Shown: positions 35,086 through 44,764 of the stretch, one piece after another
Numbering within the stretch: the first letter of the stretch is position 1
Layout: each line of letters begins with the position of its first letter
NCBI GenBank assembly: GCA_028819005.1
Contig: JAPPMP010000033.1
Span: 14,273-78,272, forward strand
From: Acidimicrobiaceae bacterium
GTDB taxonomy: Bacteria > Actinomycetota > Acidimicrobiia > Acidimicrobiales > Aldehydirespiratoraceae
Reading direction: 5' to 3'
Length of the DNA: 64,000 bases
The notes under the pieces: model-generated
The model's input: the letters and a program-made list of their open reading frames with translations, nothing else
Told to the model about the DNA's origin: nothing
The model's database searches: none
Translations under genes and position numbers: made by a program

Positions 35086-35120
35086 GCGCGTTCAGCTACA
35101 TTAGATGTAGCTGAACGCGC
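35086..35120 (+). terminator. perfect 16-bp stem / 3-nt loop hairpin
   Basis: GCGCGTTCAGCTACAT-TAG-ATGTAGCTGAACGCGC, followed by TAATTT. It lies 53 nt after the stop at 35033 and could instead be an operator for ridA. Confidence 0.5.
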
Positions 35121-35183
35121 TAATTTCAGCGGTCGGCATGGCTTGGCGACAAGCAAGGAGTACATCATGAGCACACCCGCCGT

Positions 35184-35546
35184 ATGAGCACACCCGTCGG
35201 TCCGTATTCGCCGATCATGAGAGGCGGCGGCTTCCTGTTCACCGCCGGCCAGATCGGTATCAGCGACGGCGTGCTCGTCGAGGGCGGGGTGGAGGCCCAG
35301 ACCCGGCAGGTGTTCGCCAACTTGCGCTCGGTGCTGGCGTCGGCCGACGCCTCCCTCACCGATGTGGTGAAGGCCACCGTGTTCCTTGTCGACATCGACG
35401 ACTACGCGGCTGTCAACAAGATCTACTCCGAAGAGTTCGACGGGCACCGTCCGGCTCGATCGGCGGTCGCGGTGACCGCGCTGCCACTGGGCGCTCAGGT
35501 CGAGATTGAAGTGACAGCCGTCCGCACCGCAGATCTGGCAGACTGA
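35184..35546 (+). CDS. ridA: RidA/YjgF-family reactive-intermediate deaminase
   Basis: GPYSP, FTAGQIG and RSAVAVTALPLGAQVEIE. Confidence 0.9.
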   Translation: MSTPVGPYSPIMRGGGFLFTAGQIGISDGVLVEGGVEAQTRQVFANLRSVLASADASLTDVVKATVFLVDIDDYAAVNKIYSEEFDGHRPARSAVAVTALPLGAQVEIEVTAVRTADLAD

Positions 35547-35550
35547 CCCC

Positions 35551-35745
35551 ATGGACTTGGGAGCCATAGCGATCGTGGTGCTGCTGGTTGTGGTGATGCC
35601 CGTGGGTGTGCTGATGAGCATGGCTGCGCTGGCCGGTGCGCTCGGCACTCTGATCGGGCGTGACCGCGACCTCGACAACGTCACCGAAGACGGAGAACCA
35701 AACGAATATCTGGCGCTGTCTGAGACCAACCCGTATAGCGGTTAG
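35551..35745 (+). CDS. small hypothetical membrane protein
   Basis: 64 aa with a hydrophobic N-terminal half. It starts 5 nt after the ridA stop. Confidence 0.45.
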   Translation: MDLGAIAIVVLLVVVMPVGVLMSMAALAGALGTLIGRDRDLDNVTEDGEPNEYLALSETNPYSG

Positions 35746-35780
35746 CGCCGACAGCAGGTACCGGCAACTTGTGCCGACGA

Positions 35781-36458
35781 CTACCCCCAGCGGCTGCGGC
35801 CGAAGGAATACCCGACGGAACGGACGGTCTGGATCAGGTTGGCGTGCTCCTCGCCGAGTTTTGAGCGCAGCCGCCGCACATGCACGTCTACGGTGCGGGC
35901 TCCGCCGTAGTAGTCGTAGCCCCAGACCCGGTTGAGAAGCGTCTCGCGGGTGAAGACCTTTCCGGGATGCAAGGCCAGGAACTTCAGCAGTTCGTACTCC
36001 ATGTAGGTGAGATCGAGCGGCCTGGCGTCGATCGCGGCTTGATAGGTCTCAAGGTTCATCGCCAGCGGGCCGTACTCGATCAGCTCGACGTCGTCGGTGT
36101 GGCCACTCCGCCTGAACAGGTGTTTGAGGCGGATCTCCAGTTCCTGGGGATGGAACGGGTGCAGGCAGAAATCGTCGAACAGGTCGTGATGGGGGTCGAG
36201 GGATTGGAGATGACCGCCGTTGATCAGCAGAAGCAGCGAGCGGACGTCGACCTCGCCGTTGTGAACCGATCGGCAGAACCGCAGCGCCGGTTCGAGATCC
36301 GGACCTGCCATCACGATTGCGCCCACCCAGCCATCGGCCGGTTCGTCGGCCCGAGCGGCGGTGACGTCAGCAGCGGCTTTCCAAGCCCAACCCCCGATGT
36401 CGAGGGTCTGGGCCAGCTCCGGAGGCACCGGATCGGGAAAGACCAGCAGCGCTTTCAT
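35781..36458 (-). CDS. glnR: GlnR-like OmpR-family regulator with atypical receiver domain
   Basis: The C-terminal segment VFTRETLLNRVWGYDYYGGARTVDVHVRRLRSKLG...VRSVGYSF closely resembles the GlnR sequence I recall from Streptomyces. The gene is adjacent to glnA and glnII. Confidence 0.7.
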   Translation of the reverse strand: MKALLVFPDPVPPELAQTLDIGGWAWKAAADVTAARADEPADGWVGAIVMAGPDLEPALRFCRSVHNGEVDVRSLLLLINGGHLQSLDPHHDLFDDFCLHPFHPQELEIRLKHLFRRSGHTDDVELIEYGPLAMNLETYQAAIDARPLDLTYMEYELLKFLALHPGKVFTRETLLNRVWGYDYYGGARTVDVHVRRLRSKLGEEHANLIQTVRSVGYSFGRSRWG

Positions 36459-36522
36459 TGCCCGGCGTTCTGTCGGGGCTTCATATTGTTGAGGTCGAGC
36501 ATGTCTGCAACCTTATGCACAA

Positions 36523-37860
36523 CTACCAGGTGGGGAGGTATCGCTCCAGCTCGAAGGGGGTGACCGTGGACTGGTATTGGGACCACTCGGAACGTTTGTT
36601 GCGCAAGAACCATTCGAAAATATGATCGCCGAGAGAATCCCGCACGAGCTCGGAGCCCTCCATCACGTCGAGGGCTTCGTCGAGCGAGCGCGGCAGCGGT
36701 TCGATCCCCATCGCGGCACGTTCGTGATGGCTGAGGTCGTGGAGGTTGGCGCTTGTTTCGGCGGGCAGTTCGTATCCCTCGCTGATCCCGCGCAAACCCG
36801 CCGACAGCACCAACGAGAATGCCAGGTAGGGATTGCAGGCCGGATCCGGAGACCGGTACTCGATCCGAGCCGAGCTCGGCTTGCCCCTTCGCCGCACCGG
36901 CACCCTGACCAGCGCTGAGCGGTTGTTGCGCGCCCAGGCAATGTAGGGAGGCGCCTCGGACTTCTCCGAAAGGCGCTTGTAGCTGTTGACCAGTTGGTTG
37001 GTGACTGCGGTTATCTCACGGGCGTGGTGCAGAACGCCGGCAGTGAACTGTCGCCCCGTCTCTGAGAGCCCGTAGGCGTCGCTGCCATCGTGGAACACAT
37101 TGGCGTCGCCGGAGAACAACGACAGATGGACGTGCATCCCCGACCCCTGCACGCCGTTGAGCGGCTTGGGCATGAAGGAAGCGTAGGTGCCGCTCTCCAT
37201 GGCGATCTTCTTGACGACGAGTCGCAACGTCATGATGTTGTCGGCCACGTCGAGTGCTTCGGTGTAGCGAAGGTCGATCTCGTGCTGGCTGGGACTGTCC
37301 TCGTGGAACGAGTATTCGACAGGTATCCCCATGGCTTCGAGCATGTGAATCGTGCGCTTGCGGAGATTGCTTGAGACGTCGGCCGTGGTGAGGTCGAAAT
37401 AGGAGGCGCTGTCGAGCGGTTGCGGTTTTCCCAGAGACGGGTCGCCGGACGCGAAGTAGAAGAACTCGACTTCCGGTGCCGCAAAGAACGAGTAGCGGTC
37501 GGCTCTGGCCTCGTTGAGATTGCGGCGAAGAACCTGGCGGGGATCACCGTCGAAGGGGGTCTCGTCGAGATTCTGGATGTCGCAGAACATTCGGGCCGAC
37601 GGTTCGTCCCTGGTGGCCCAGGGGAGCAGCTCGAAGGAGGTTGCGTCAGGGCGGGCGAGAACATCGGATTCATGCACCCGGGAGAAGCCGTCGATCGAGC
37701 TGCCGTCGAACTGCACCCCCTCATCGAATGCGGCCTCGAGCTCGGCGGGGGTGATCGCCACCGACTTGAGCTTCCCGAGGACGTCGGTGAACCAGAGGTG
37801 GATCAGGCGCACGCCGCGCTCTTCAACACTGCGCAGCACGTATTGCTGGTCGCGTTCCAT
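36523..37860 (-). CDS. glnA: glutamine synthetase, type I
   Basis: FDGSSI, GSGMHVHLS and NPYL motifs. Start is ATG 37860 (MERDQQYVL...), preceded by GGGGGTG. Confidence 0.9.
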   Translation of the reverse strand: MERDQQYVLRSVEERGVRLIHLWFTDVLGKLKSVAITPAELEAAFDEGVQFDGSSIDGFSRVHESDVLARPDATSFELLPWATRDEPSARMFCDIQNLDETPFDGDPRQVLRRNLNEARADRYSFFAAPEVEFFYFASGDPSLGKPQPLDSASYFDLTTADVSSNLRKRTIHMLEAMGIPVEYSFHEDSPSQHEIDLRYTEALDVADNIMTLRLVVKKIAMESGTYASFMPKPLNGVQGSGMHVHLSLFSGDANVFHDGSDAYGLSETGRQFTAGVLHHAREITAVTNQLVNSYKRLSEKSEAPPYIAWARNNRSALVRVPVRRRGKPSSARIEYRSPDPACNPYLAFSLVLSAGLRGISEGYELPAETSANLHDLSHHERAAMGIEPLPRSLDEALDVMEGSELVRDSLGDHIFEWFLRNKRSEWSQYQSTVTPFELERYLPTW

Positions 37861-37942
37861 TCGTACACCCCCGTTGGTGGCCGGAACCGTTCGCCTCCAC
37901 GGTGCCGCAGCACGAGCCGGATTCTGCTGTGCGACGGCCCCG

Positions 37943-37980
37943 TTCACACACTGTTAACAATTGCGCAACCGGGTAGAAAC
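37943..37980. promoter_or_regulatory. candidate GlnR box (four 5-nt sites spaced by 6 nt)
   Basis: TTCAC-n6-TTAAC-n6-GCAAC-n6-GAAAC was read at 37943-37980 in the divergent glnA/glnII gap. It fits the gTnAc-n6-GaAAc x2 architecture. Confidence 0.4.
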
Positions 37981-38082
37981 TCGACTCTTGGACCCTAGGA
38001 TCTACCTGTTGGCCAACCTGACGCTGTTTGCATCAGGAGCCGCCGAACAGTCGACGACCAACAGTCAAGAGAGGTAATTCTA

Positions 38083-39096
38083 GTGGCTTATCGAGCTGAA
38101 TATCTGTGGATTGACGGGACCGAGCCGACCAACGAGATTCGTTCCAAGACGAAGATTCTGGCCGATGGCGAAGAGCCCGGCATCTGGGGCTTCGACGGTT
38201 CCAGCACAAACCAAGCTGCAGGCAGTGATTCCGACGTCGTCCTCGAACCGGTGTTCCAGTGTCACGACCCGATTCGCGGAGGCGACAACATTCTCGTCAT
38301 GTGCGAAACGCAGTTGACGGGGACTCTGGCGCCCCATCCGAGCAACACGCGTCAACAGGCGCGGGAGGCTTTTGGGCGCTACTCAGATCAGGAGCCGATC
38401 TTCGGGATGGAGCAGGAGTACACCCTGCTCGACCGCACCACGGGCTGGCCGGCAGGTTTCCCGCCCAATGGTTTCCCCGCCCCTCAGGGGCCGTACTACT
38501 GCGGTGTGGGCGCAGTGAAGATCCACGGACGTGAGCTGATCGAGCGCCACACCACTGCCTGTATCGAAGCGGGCCTGTCGATTTCGGGCACCAACGCCGA
38601 GGTCATGCCCGGGCAGTGGGAGTTCCAGATCGGCCCCATCGACACCCTGGCGATCGGCGATCAGATGTGGGTTGCCCGCTATCTCCTGTACCGCCTGGCC
38701 GAAGAGTTCGGTGTGGAGGTGTCTTTGGAGGCCAAGCCCATGAAGGGCGACTGGAACGGTGCGGGGATGCACACGAACTTCTCCACCAAGGCCATGCGCG
38801 AGTCGTTCGCCCCGATCATCGCGGCATGCGAGGCGATGGGTGCTGACGGCGTCCCCGAGAAACATATTCGGGGCTACGGGGTAGGCATCGAGGACCGTCT
38901 GACGGGAGCTCATGAGACGGAGAGGTACGACACCTTCTCATACGCTCCATCCGACCGCGGTGCATCCATCCGCATCCCTTGGCAGGTGGTGCAGAACGGC
39001 AAGGGCTACATCGAAGATCGTCGCCCCAACGCCAACGCCGACCCGTATGTTGTGGCCGCTCTGGTCACCGACACCATCTGCAGCGCCCTCGCCTGA
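38083..39096 (+). CDS. glnII: glutamine synthetase, type II
   Basis: The 337-aa sequence, with the N-terminal segment AEYLWIDG and the GAGMHTNFS motif, is typical of type II glutamine synthetase. Confidence 0.9.
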   Translation: MAYRAEYLWIDGTEPTNEIRSKTKILADGEEPGIWGFDGSSTNQAAGSDSDVVLEPVFQCHDPIRGGDNILVMCETQLTGTLAPHPSNTRQQAREAFGRYSDQEPIFGMEQEYTLLDRTTGWPAGFPPNGFPAPQGPYYCGVGAVKIHGRELIERHTTACIEAGLSISGTNAEVMPGQWEFQIGPIDTLAIGDQMWVARYLLYRLAEEFGVEVSLEAKPMKGDWNGAGMHTNFSTKAMRESFAPIIAACEAMGADGVPEKHIRGYGVGIEDRLTGAHETERYDTFSYAPSDRGASIRIPWQVVQNGKGYIEDRRPNANADPYVVAALVTDTICSALA

Positions 39097-39322
39097 TCAG
39101 CACGCCTGATCAGCAAGGGCCCGGCCCGGGGTCTTCGCGCAACTGGACCATTGCCCTGCCGGTGTTTCCGCCGGTGAGCAGCATGCCCGCTGATTCTCGC
39201 GTATTTCTGATTCACGGGGTCAACTTTCGTCACAGCCGTGCTGTGCGTGGCCGCGGGCTGCTTGTGACTGTCGTGCTGTGCGCAACTGCCGTGATACCGG
39301 CGGGTCGCCCTACCATGAAGGC

Positions 39323-41095
39323 ATGGCTTCAGATGCCGATGTCCTGCGAGTCGCCGTTTGCCAGATCAACCCGACAGTGGGTGATCTCGACGGCAACATG
39401 ACGCTGGCGCTGCAGGCGCTCGCAGAAGCCGAAGAAGCGAACGCCGACGTGGCGGTCATGCCGGAAATGGCAATCACCGGCTATCCGCCCGAAGATCTGG
39501 TGTTGAGACCGGCGTTCGTTGCTGACTGTCGGGCAACGGTCGAGAAGCTCGCGGCGCGAACCTCGCGTTGTGCTGTGGTGGTGGGGTTCGCTGACGGCGA
39601 TCCTTCGAACGAACGGCCCGTCGCTGACCTTGCCGTGGTCGTCGACGAGGACTCCGGCTGCAGCAGCGGGGTTTGGAACGCCCTGGCGATCTGTGTCGGT
39701 GGTCGCGTGGTCGGGACCTATCACAAGCGTCATCTGCCCAACTACGACGTGTTCGACGAACTCCGTCATTTCCAGCGTGGCGACGACCCGCTCACGCTGT
39801 ATGAGATCGCCGGCGCTGCTGTCGGGGTGACCGTGTGTGAGGACTCCTGGATCCCCGACGGCCCTGTATCGAGGCTGGCCTCAGCGGGTGCCCGCGTCGT
39901 GTTCAACGTCAACGGCTCGCCGTTCCGGACCGGCAAACAGCAGGTTCGGGAGCAGGTCATCAGCGAACGCGTGGCTGAAGCTGGGATACCGGTCCTGTAC
40001 ACCAACCTCGTCGGAGGTCAGGATGAACTGGTTTTCGACGGTGGCTCGTTCGTGGTCAGCCCGACGCCGCAGGGACCGAAGGTGACTGCGCGTTGTGAGC
40101 GTTTCGCGGAGCGTGTCGAGGTGGTCGACATCGAGTTGCCCCCTCCGCAAGAAGGGACTGAAGAGGTTCCGGTGGTGGCTGTCTCGGCGGCTCTCAGCGG
40201 GCATCGTGGGTGGCTCGCCCCGCCGCTGGCGGAGCCGTTGGGCGAGTTGGGCGAACAGTGGCGTGCTCTGGAGCTAGCCACCCGCGACTATGTCCACAAG
40301 AGCGGGTTCAGCGACGTTTGTGTTGGTCTTTCGGGCGGGGTCGACTCGTCGCTCACTGCCACGATTGCCGCGGATGCGCTCGGCGCGAGCCATGTGCACG
40401 GGGTGTTGATGCCGTCGCGGTATTCGAGCGATCACTCCTTGGCCGACGCCGAAGCTCTGGCCGCCAATCTCGGTATCGACATCCGTGCTGTTGCGATAGA
40501 GCCTGCCCATGCGGCGTTCACCGAGATGTTGTCCAGCGACGCCGCGACTCCCGGGAATCTGGGCGATTTGACCGATCAGAACGTGCAGTCGCGGATTCGC
40601 GGCGTGCTGTTGATGGCCCTGGCCAATGAACACGGCTGGTTGGTGTTGACCACCGGCAACAAGTCGGAGGCCGCGGTCGGTTACTCGACCCTCTACGGCG
40701 ACACGGCCGGTGCCTACGCGGTCATCAAAGACGTCTGGAAGCTCGCTGTCTACGAGTTGTGCCGATGGCGGAACAGTCGAGGTTCGCCTGTGATTCCCGA
40801 AGCTGTTCTGCGGAAGGCTCCGTCGGCTGAGCTGAGGCCTGATCAGCGTGACGACCAGTCGCTGCCGCCCTACGAAGTGCTGGATCCGATCCTGCGGGCC
40901 TATGTGGAGGACGATCTGGGGGTGGCTGAGATCGTGGAACGGGGCTTGGGCGGCCGTGATCTGGTCCAGCAGGTCTGTCGCCTTGTAGATATAGCCGAGT
41001 TCAAACGCCGCCAGACCCCTATCGGGGCTCGACTCAGCAGCAAGGCCTTCGGTCGTGATCGCCGGATGCCGATAGTCAACCGTTATCGGGGCTGA
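39323..41095 (+). CDS. nadE: glutamine-dependent NAD+ synthetase
   Basis: The N-terminal CN-hydrolase domain (VAVCQINP) is followed by a PP-loop (GLSGGVDSS). Start is ATG 39323 after GAAGG. Confidence 0.9.
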   Translation: MASDADVLRVAVCQINPTVGDLDGNMTLALQALAEAEEANADVAVMPEMAITGYPPEDLVLRPAFVADCRATVEKLAARTSRCAVVVGFADGDPSNERPVADLAVVVDEDSGCSSGVWNALAICVGGRVVGTYHKRHLPNYDVFDELRHFQRGDDPLTLYEIAGAAVGVTVCEDSWIPDGPVSRLASAGARVVFNVNGSPFRTGKQQVREQVISERVAEAGIPVLYTNLVGGQDELVFDGGSFVVSPTPQGPKVTARCERFAERVEVVDIELPPPQEGTEEVPVVAVSAALSGHRGWLAPPLAEPLGELGEQWRALELATRDYVHKSGFSDVCVGLSGGVDSSLTATIAADALGASHVHGVLMPSRYSSDHSLADAEALAANLGIDIRAVAIEPAHAAFTEMLSSDAATPGNLGDLTDQNVQSRIRGVLLMALANEHGWLVLTTGNKSEAAVGYSTLYGDTAGAYAVIKDVWKLAVYELCRWRNSRGSPVIPEAVLRKAPSAELRPDQRDDQSLPPYEVLDPILRAYVEDDLGVAEIVERGLGGRDLVQQVCRLVDIAEFKRRQTPIGARLSSKAFGRDRRMPIVNRYRG

Positions 41096-41138
41096 GGATC
41101 ACTCCAGCTATGGGCACTCTGCCAATGAGCAAACGGCT

Positions 41139-41738
41139 ATGAGCGGAGAATCAGGTCGGATGGACCCTGGCCGAACGTTGACGGCGGAGACGACCGCGGT
41201 GTTGGTGAGCAGTCTCCACTGGGCTTCGAAGAGCTTGTTCGAGCTTTTCGTCTCCTGGGCGAGCGAGGTTGAACCCGACCGCGGTGACGTCGCTTCCTGG
41301 TTGTCGAGCACCGGGCGCCACCTCGGTGAGCAGGCTCAGAGCCTTGCGGGTTTGATGCCGGATTCGGTGCTGCTCGCCGATTCAACAGGTCTCGCGGCGC
41401 CCTCGGTTGAAGCCGAAGAAGCTCTTCGCGCTGTTCGAGCGATTCCAGGTTCGGTGGTGCGCTTGGCGATAGCGCACCGGGTACTTCTGACTCAGCTTTC
41501 GGACGCGTGCGAGGCGTTGCAACAGCTGGCCGAGCCTCATGCGGATGCGCCGTTGCTCCGGGTGTTGGGTTTCCTGCTGCTCGACATCGCAAATGACCGG
41601 GAGCGAGCCGAACTTCTACTGGGTTCGTTTCGCGGTCCCGAGACTGATCCGCGACTAGACGAAGCGGTATCGGAGGTCGAGAACCGCCTCGCGTCTGCTG
41701 GCGGGCTTGTCCCCGCAGGCGTACTTCACGGAACCTGA
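41139..41738 (+). CDS. hypothetical protein
   Basis: 199-aa ORF whose stop lies 2 nt before the antiporter start. I recognise no motif. Confidence 0.5.
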   Translation: MSGESGRMDPGRTLTAETTAVLVSSLHWASKSLFELFVSWASEVEPDRGDVASWLSSTGRHLGEQAQSLAGLMPDSVLLADSTGLAAPSVEAEEALRAVRAIPGSVVRLAIAHRVLLTQLSDACEALQQLAEPHADAPLLRVLGFLLLDIANDRERAELLLGSFRGPETDPRLDEAVSEVENRLASAGGLVPAGVLHGT

Positions 41739-41740
41739 AC

Positions 41741-42904
41741 ATGGAACCCGGGGTCGATGTCCTGCTGATCGAGTTCGGCACCCTCGTCCTCGGTCTTGCC
41801 CTCATAGCACGCGCGGCACAGTGGCTCGGTCTTCCCGTTCTGCCGGTATATCTGCTTGCAGGCCTCGCGTTCGGCGAGGGCGGAATCGTGGATCTGGGCG
41901 CGTCGAGCGGTTTCATCGAGGTCGGCGCGCAGATCGGTCTCATCCTGATGCTGTTGACTCTGGGACTCGAGTTCTCAGCCCATGAACTCATCGACAACGT
42001 CCGCAAGTCGGCCAGCGCCGGGATCGTAGACCTGGTCCTCAACTTTCCACCGGGTTTCGTTGCGGGGCTGCTGCTCGGTTTTGACCCGATAGTGGCAGTG
42101 CTGCTGGGTGGAGTGACCTATATCTCCTCGTCAGGGATCGTTTCCAAGCTCGTAGCCGATTTGGATCGAGTCCGGAACCGCGAGACGCCTGTGGTGTTGA
42201 GCGTGCTGGTGATCGAGGACCTCGCAATGGTCCTGTACCTGCCTGTCGTGACGGCCGTGCTGTTCGGGGATTCGCCCGCGGCAACGGTGGTCACTGTCGT
42301 CATATCTCTCGCGGCGGTAACCGCGATCCTCGCCGTCGAATACTTCTACGGAGACCGGATCAACGCACTGATATTGAGCAACTCCCGTGAGGTGTTGCTG
42401 TTGACCCTGCTCGGAGCCACCCTGGCGATAGCGGGTCTGGCCGAGCGGATTCACCTGTCCTCCGCGGTGGGAGCATTCCTAGTCGGTGTGGTGCTGTCGG
42501 GCGAGGTCGTGTCGCGTGCCCGCGACCTGCTTCTGCCGCTGCGCCACCTCTTTGCCGCTTCGTTCTTCGTCTTTTTCGGACTTCAGGTCGATCCGGGGAT
42601 CATTCCCGACGTCGCCCTGCTGGCGGCCGCGTTGGCGGTCCTGACCGCTGTCACCAAGGTCGGCACGGGATGGTTCGCGGCACGTTCCAAGAAGCTCGAC
42701 ACGTCGGAGAGGTTCCGCGCGGGTTCGGCTCTGATCGCCCGTGGTGAGTTCTCCATCGTCATTGCGGAACTGGGCGTTGGGAGGGAGCCAGACCTCGGCG
42801 CGCTCTCGGCGGCGTACGTGATTCTGCTGGCAGTCACGGGAGGGCTCCTGTACCACTTCGACGGCGCGTTGTCTGGCATTGCCCGGCGTTGGTCACGGCG
42901 CTGA
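41741..42904 (+). CDS. cation:proton antiporter (CPA2/Kef-like)
   Basis: It has about 11 hydrophobic segments, and the N-terminal LPVLPVYLLAGLAFG is typical of Na_H_Exchanger proteins. Confidence 0.85.
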   Translation: MEPGVDVLLIEFGTLVLGLALIARAAQWLGLPVLPVYLLAGLAFGEGGIVDLGASSGFIEVGAQIGLILMLLTLGLEFSAHELIDNVRKSASAGIVDLVLNFPPGFVAGLLLGFDPIVAVLLGGVTYISSSGIVSKLVADLDRVRNRETPVVLSVLVIEDLAMVLYLPVVTAVLFGDSPAATVVTVVISLAAVTAILAVEYFYGDRINALILSNSREVLLLTLLGATLAIAGLAERIHLSSAVGAFLVGVVLSGEVVSRARDLLLPLRHLFAASFFVFFGLQVDPGIIPDVALLAAALAVLTAVTKVGTGWFAARSKKLDTSERFRAGSALIARGEFSIVIAELGVGREPDLGALSAAYVILLAVTGGLLYHFDGALSGIARRWSRR

Positions 42905-43061
42905 GTCCGCCGCGGAGTCCCGCAGTTGCCTGCTGTGAGCAGTTGATCGGCGGGAAAAGCGAGGTTCTGGGGCACAAAGACTTTCGTAAATTTCGGCGCG
43001 TTCGGAAGAAATCCATCGGTATCGTAAACCGAACGGGGCTGAAGCGACGAGAGGGACATCC

Positions 43062-43994
43062 GTGGCGAAGGAGCGTGTCGAGAGGGACGAAGAGGATCTG
43101 GTCCGGCTGTATCTCACGGACATAGGCCAGTACCCGCTCTTGACCAAGGAGGGCGAAGTTCGCCTGGCTCAAGAGATTGAGGCTGGGATCGAAGCGCGTC
43201 GCGAACTGGCCGAGTCCAGGCCTTCTCCCGCGCGCCGCCGTGAGCTTCGTCGACTCTCCCGCAAGGGTGAGGCTGCGACCCGCACCTTCGTCCAGTCGAA
43301 CCTGCGACTCGTTGTCTCTATCGCCAAGAAGTACCAGGCCTCCGGTTTGCCGCTGCTCGACCTGATCCAAGAGGGCAATCTCGGTTTGATGCACGCCGTC
43401 GAGAAGTTCGATTGGCGCAAGGGGTTCAAGTTCTCGACGTACGCCACTTGGTGGATCCGCCAGGCGATCACCCGCGGAATCGCCAACACCGGGCGCACGA
43501 TCCGCCTGCCGGTGCATGCCGGCGACACTCTGGCGCGCCTGCAGAAGGCCCGAACCCGCTTGGAGCTCAAGTACGGTCGACCCGCCACGCTAAGCGAACT
43601 GGCCGCCGAAGTTGAGATGCCTGAGGACAAGGTGACCGAGGCGTTGCGGTTCGCGGCCGAGCCGTTGTCGCTTTCTGAGCCGTTGCGAGAGGACGGGGAT
43701 GCTGAACTCGGCGACGTCGTGGAGGATCGCGGCGCTGACTCTCCGTTCGAGGTGGCGGCCACGGCTCTGTTGCCCGAGGAGATCTCTCGGCTGCTGTCTC
43801 CGCTCGACGAGCGTGAGCGTGAGATTCTCAAGCTTCGGTTCGGCCTCGACCGGGGTGAGCCTCGGACTCTTGAAGAAGTGGGGGAGCATTTCAACCTCAC
43901 CCGTGAACGCATCCGTCAGATCGAGGCCCGAGCGATGTCGAAGCTGCGCCACCCATCATCGGACACCGGCGCCCGCGACCTCCTCAGCATCTAG
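43062..43994 (+). CDS. sigma-70 family RNA polymerase sigma factor (group 1/2-like)
   Basis: Region 2 LIQEGNLGLMHAVEKFDWRKGFKFSTYATWWIRQAI and region 4 TLEEVGEHFNLTRERIRQIE. Confidence 0.9.
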   Translation: MAKERVERDEEDLVRLYLTDIGQYPLLTKEGEVRLAQEIEAGIEARRELAESRPSPARRRELRRLSRKGEAATRTFVQSNLRLVVSIAKKYQASGLPLLDLIQEGNLGLMHAVEKFDWRKGFKFSTYATWWIRQAITRGIANTGRTIRLPVHAGDTLARLQKARTRLELKYGRPATLSELAAEVEMPEDKVTEALRFAAEPLSLSEPLREDGDAELGDVVEDRGADSPFEVAATALLPEEISRLLSPLDEREREILKLRFGLDRGEPRTLEEVGEHFNLTRERIRQIEARAMSKLRHPSSDTGARDLLSI

Positions 43995-44073
43995 CTTGCA
44001 CATCCCGCTTGCAGGGGACGCAAGTCGCTCAGGCTAGATCCTGAGGAGGTCATGTGATTGCGAGTCATTCAGA

Positions 44074-44280
44074 GCGCGCAAATAGGCAGGCCTTCGAGTT
44101 GCAGTCGGTTGTTCCCCGCTCTTGGTTCGCTGCGCTGCATTTCCCGCTCTTGGTTCGCTGCGCTCACCGGCCCGCTCGGGCCGCGGGCGGGCCGCCGGCC
44201 ACGGCCCCGCAAATCAAACCGTTCGCACTCGAAACCGTTCGCACTCGAAAGTCATCTGCCTGTTTGCGTGGCCTCTCAGG
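44074..44280. mobile_element. MITE-like intergenic element, copy 2 (about 200 bp)
   Basis: It aligns with 9452-9745 at both ends. Terminal inverted repeats are CGCAAATAGGCAG..TTCGAGT and ACTCGAAA..CTGCCTGTTTGCG. An internal 16-bp unit is duplicated at 44219-44250. Confidence 0.6.
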
Positions 44281-44764
44281 TGGATGCCTTGTTGGACACA
44301 TGCAGTGTCAGTCCGCTCACCAGCAGGGTCCCGATGAACAGGCCTTGAGTCATTAAATGGTTCCTCTCGCCCAACAGGATCGCACCGGCTGACAGAAGTG
44401 CAAAGAACAGCACGCTGAGAGCGATGCAAGCGTGGCCGACTTCGTAGCGATGCGGTTTGCGGGTGACGAAAGCAATGAGCGACAGCAGGAACAGCAGGCC
44501 CAGCACCACCTCGATGATGCCGACGCCAGCGGCTAGAGGCGCTGCCAGCGACGTGTCCAACCCCAGTTTGGGCAGCATGTTTTGTTCGAGTCCCATTTTG
44601 AAGTTCACGCCGTAGAACTCTGCGCCGTTGAAAAACTTGTCGAAGCCGTTCAACAGCCAGAACAAGAACCAGTACAGGCTCAGCACCGCTCCGATACCGA
44701 CCTTCTCATTGATGCGAACAAGCATTCCCGCAATTCCGGGCGCGCCCGCAGTTCGATCATTCAT
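44276..44764 (-). CDS. DoxX-like membrane protein
   Basis: It has four hydrophobic segments and AAGGAGA lies upstream of ATG 44764. The family call is tentative. Confidence 0.55.
   Translation of the reverse strand: MNDRTAGAPGIAGMLVRINEKVGIGAVLSLYWFLFWLLNGFDKFFNGAEFYGVNFKMGLEQNMLPKLGLDTSLAAPLAAGVGIIEVVLGLLFLLSLIAFVTRKPHRYEVGHACIALSVLFFALLSAGAILLGERNHLMTQGLFIGTLLVSGLTLHVSNKAST

Noticed and set aside
41139-42904. Possible TGA read-through (selenoprotein) joining the 199-aa ORF to the antiporter gene
   Set aside because: The two ORFs are in different frames (41139 is frame 0, 41741 is frame 2) and the antiporter has its own ATG two nt after the TGA.
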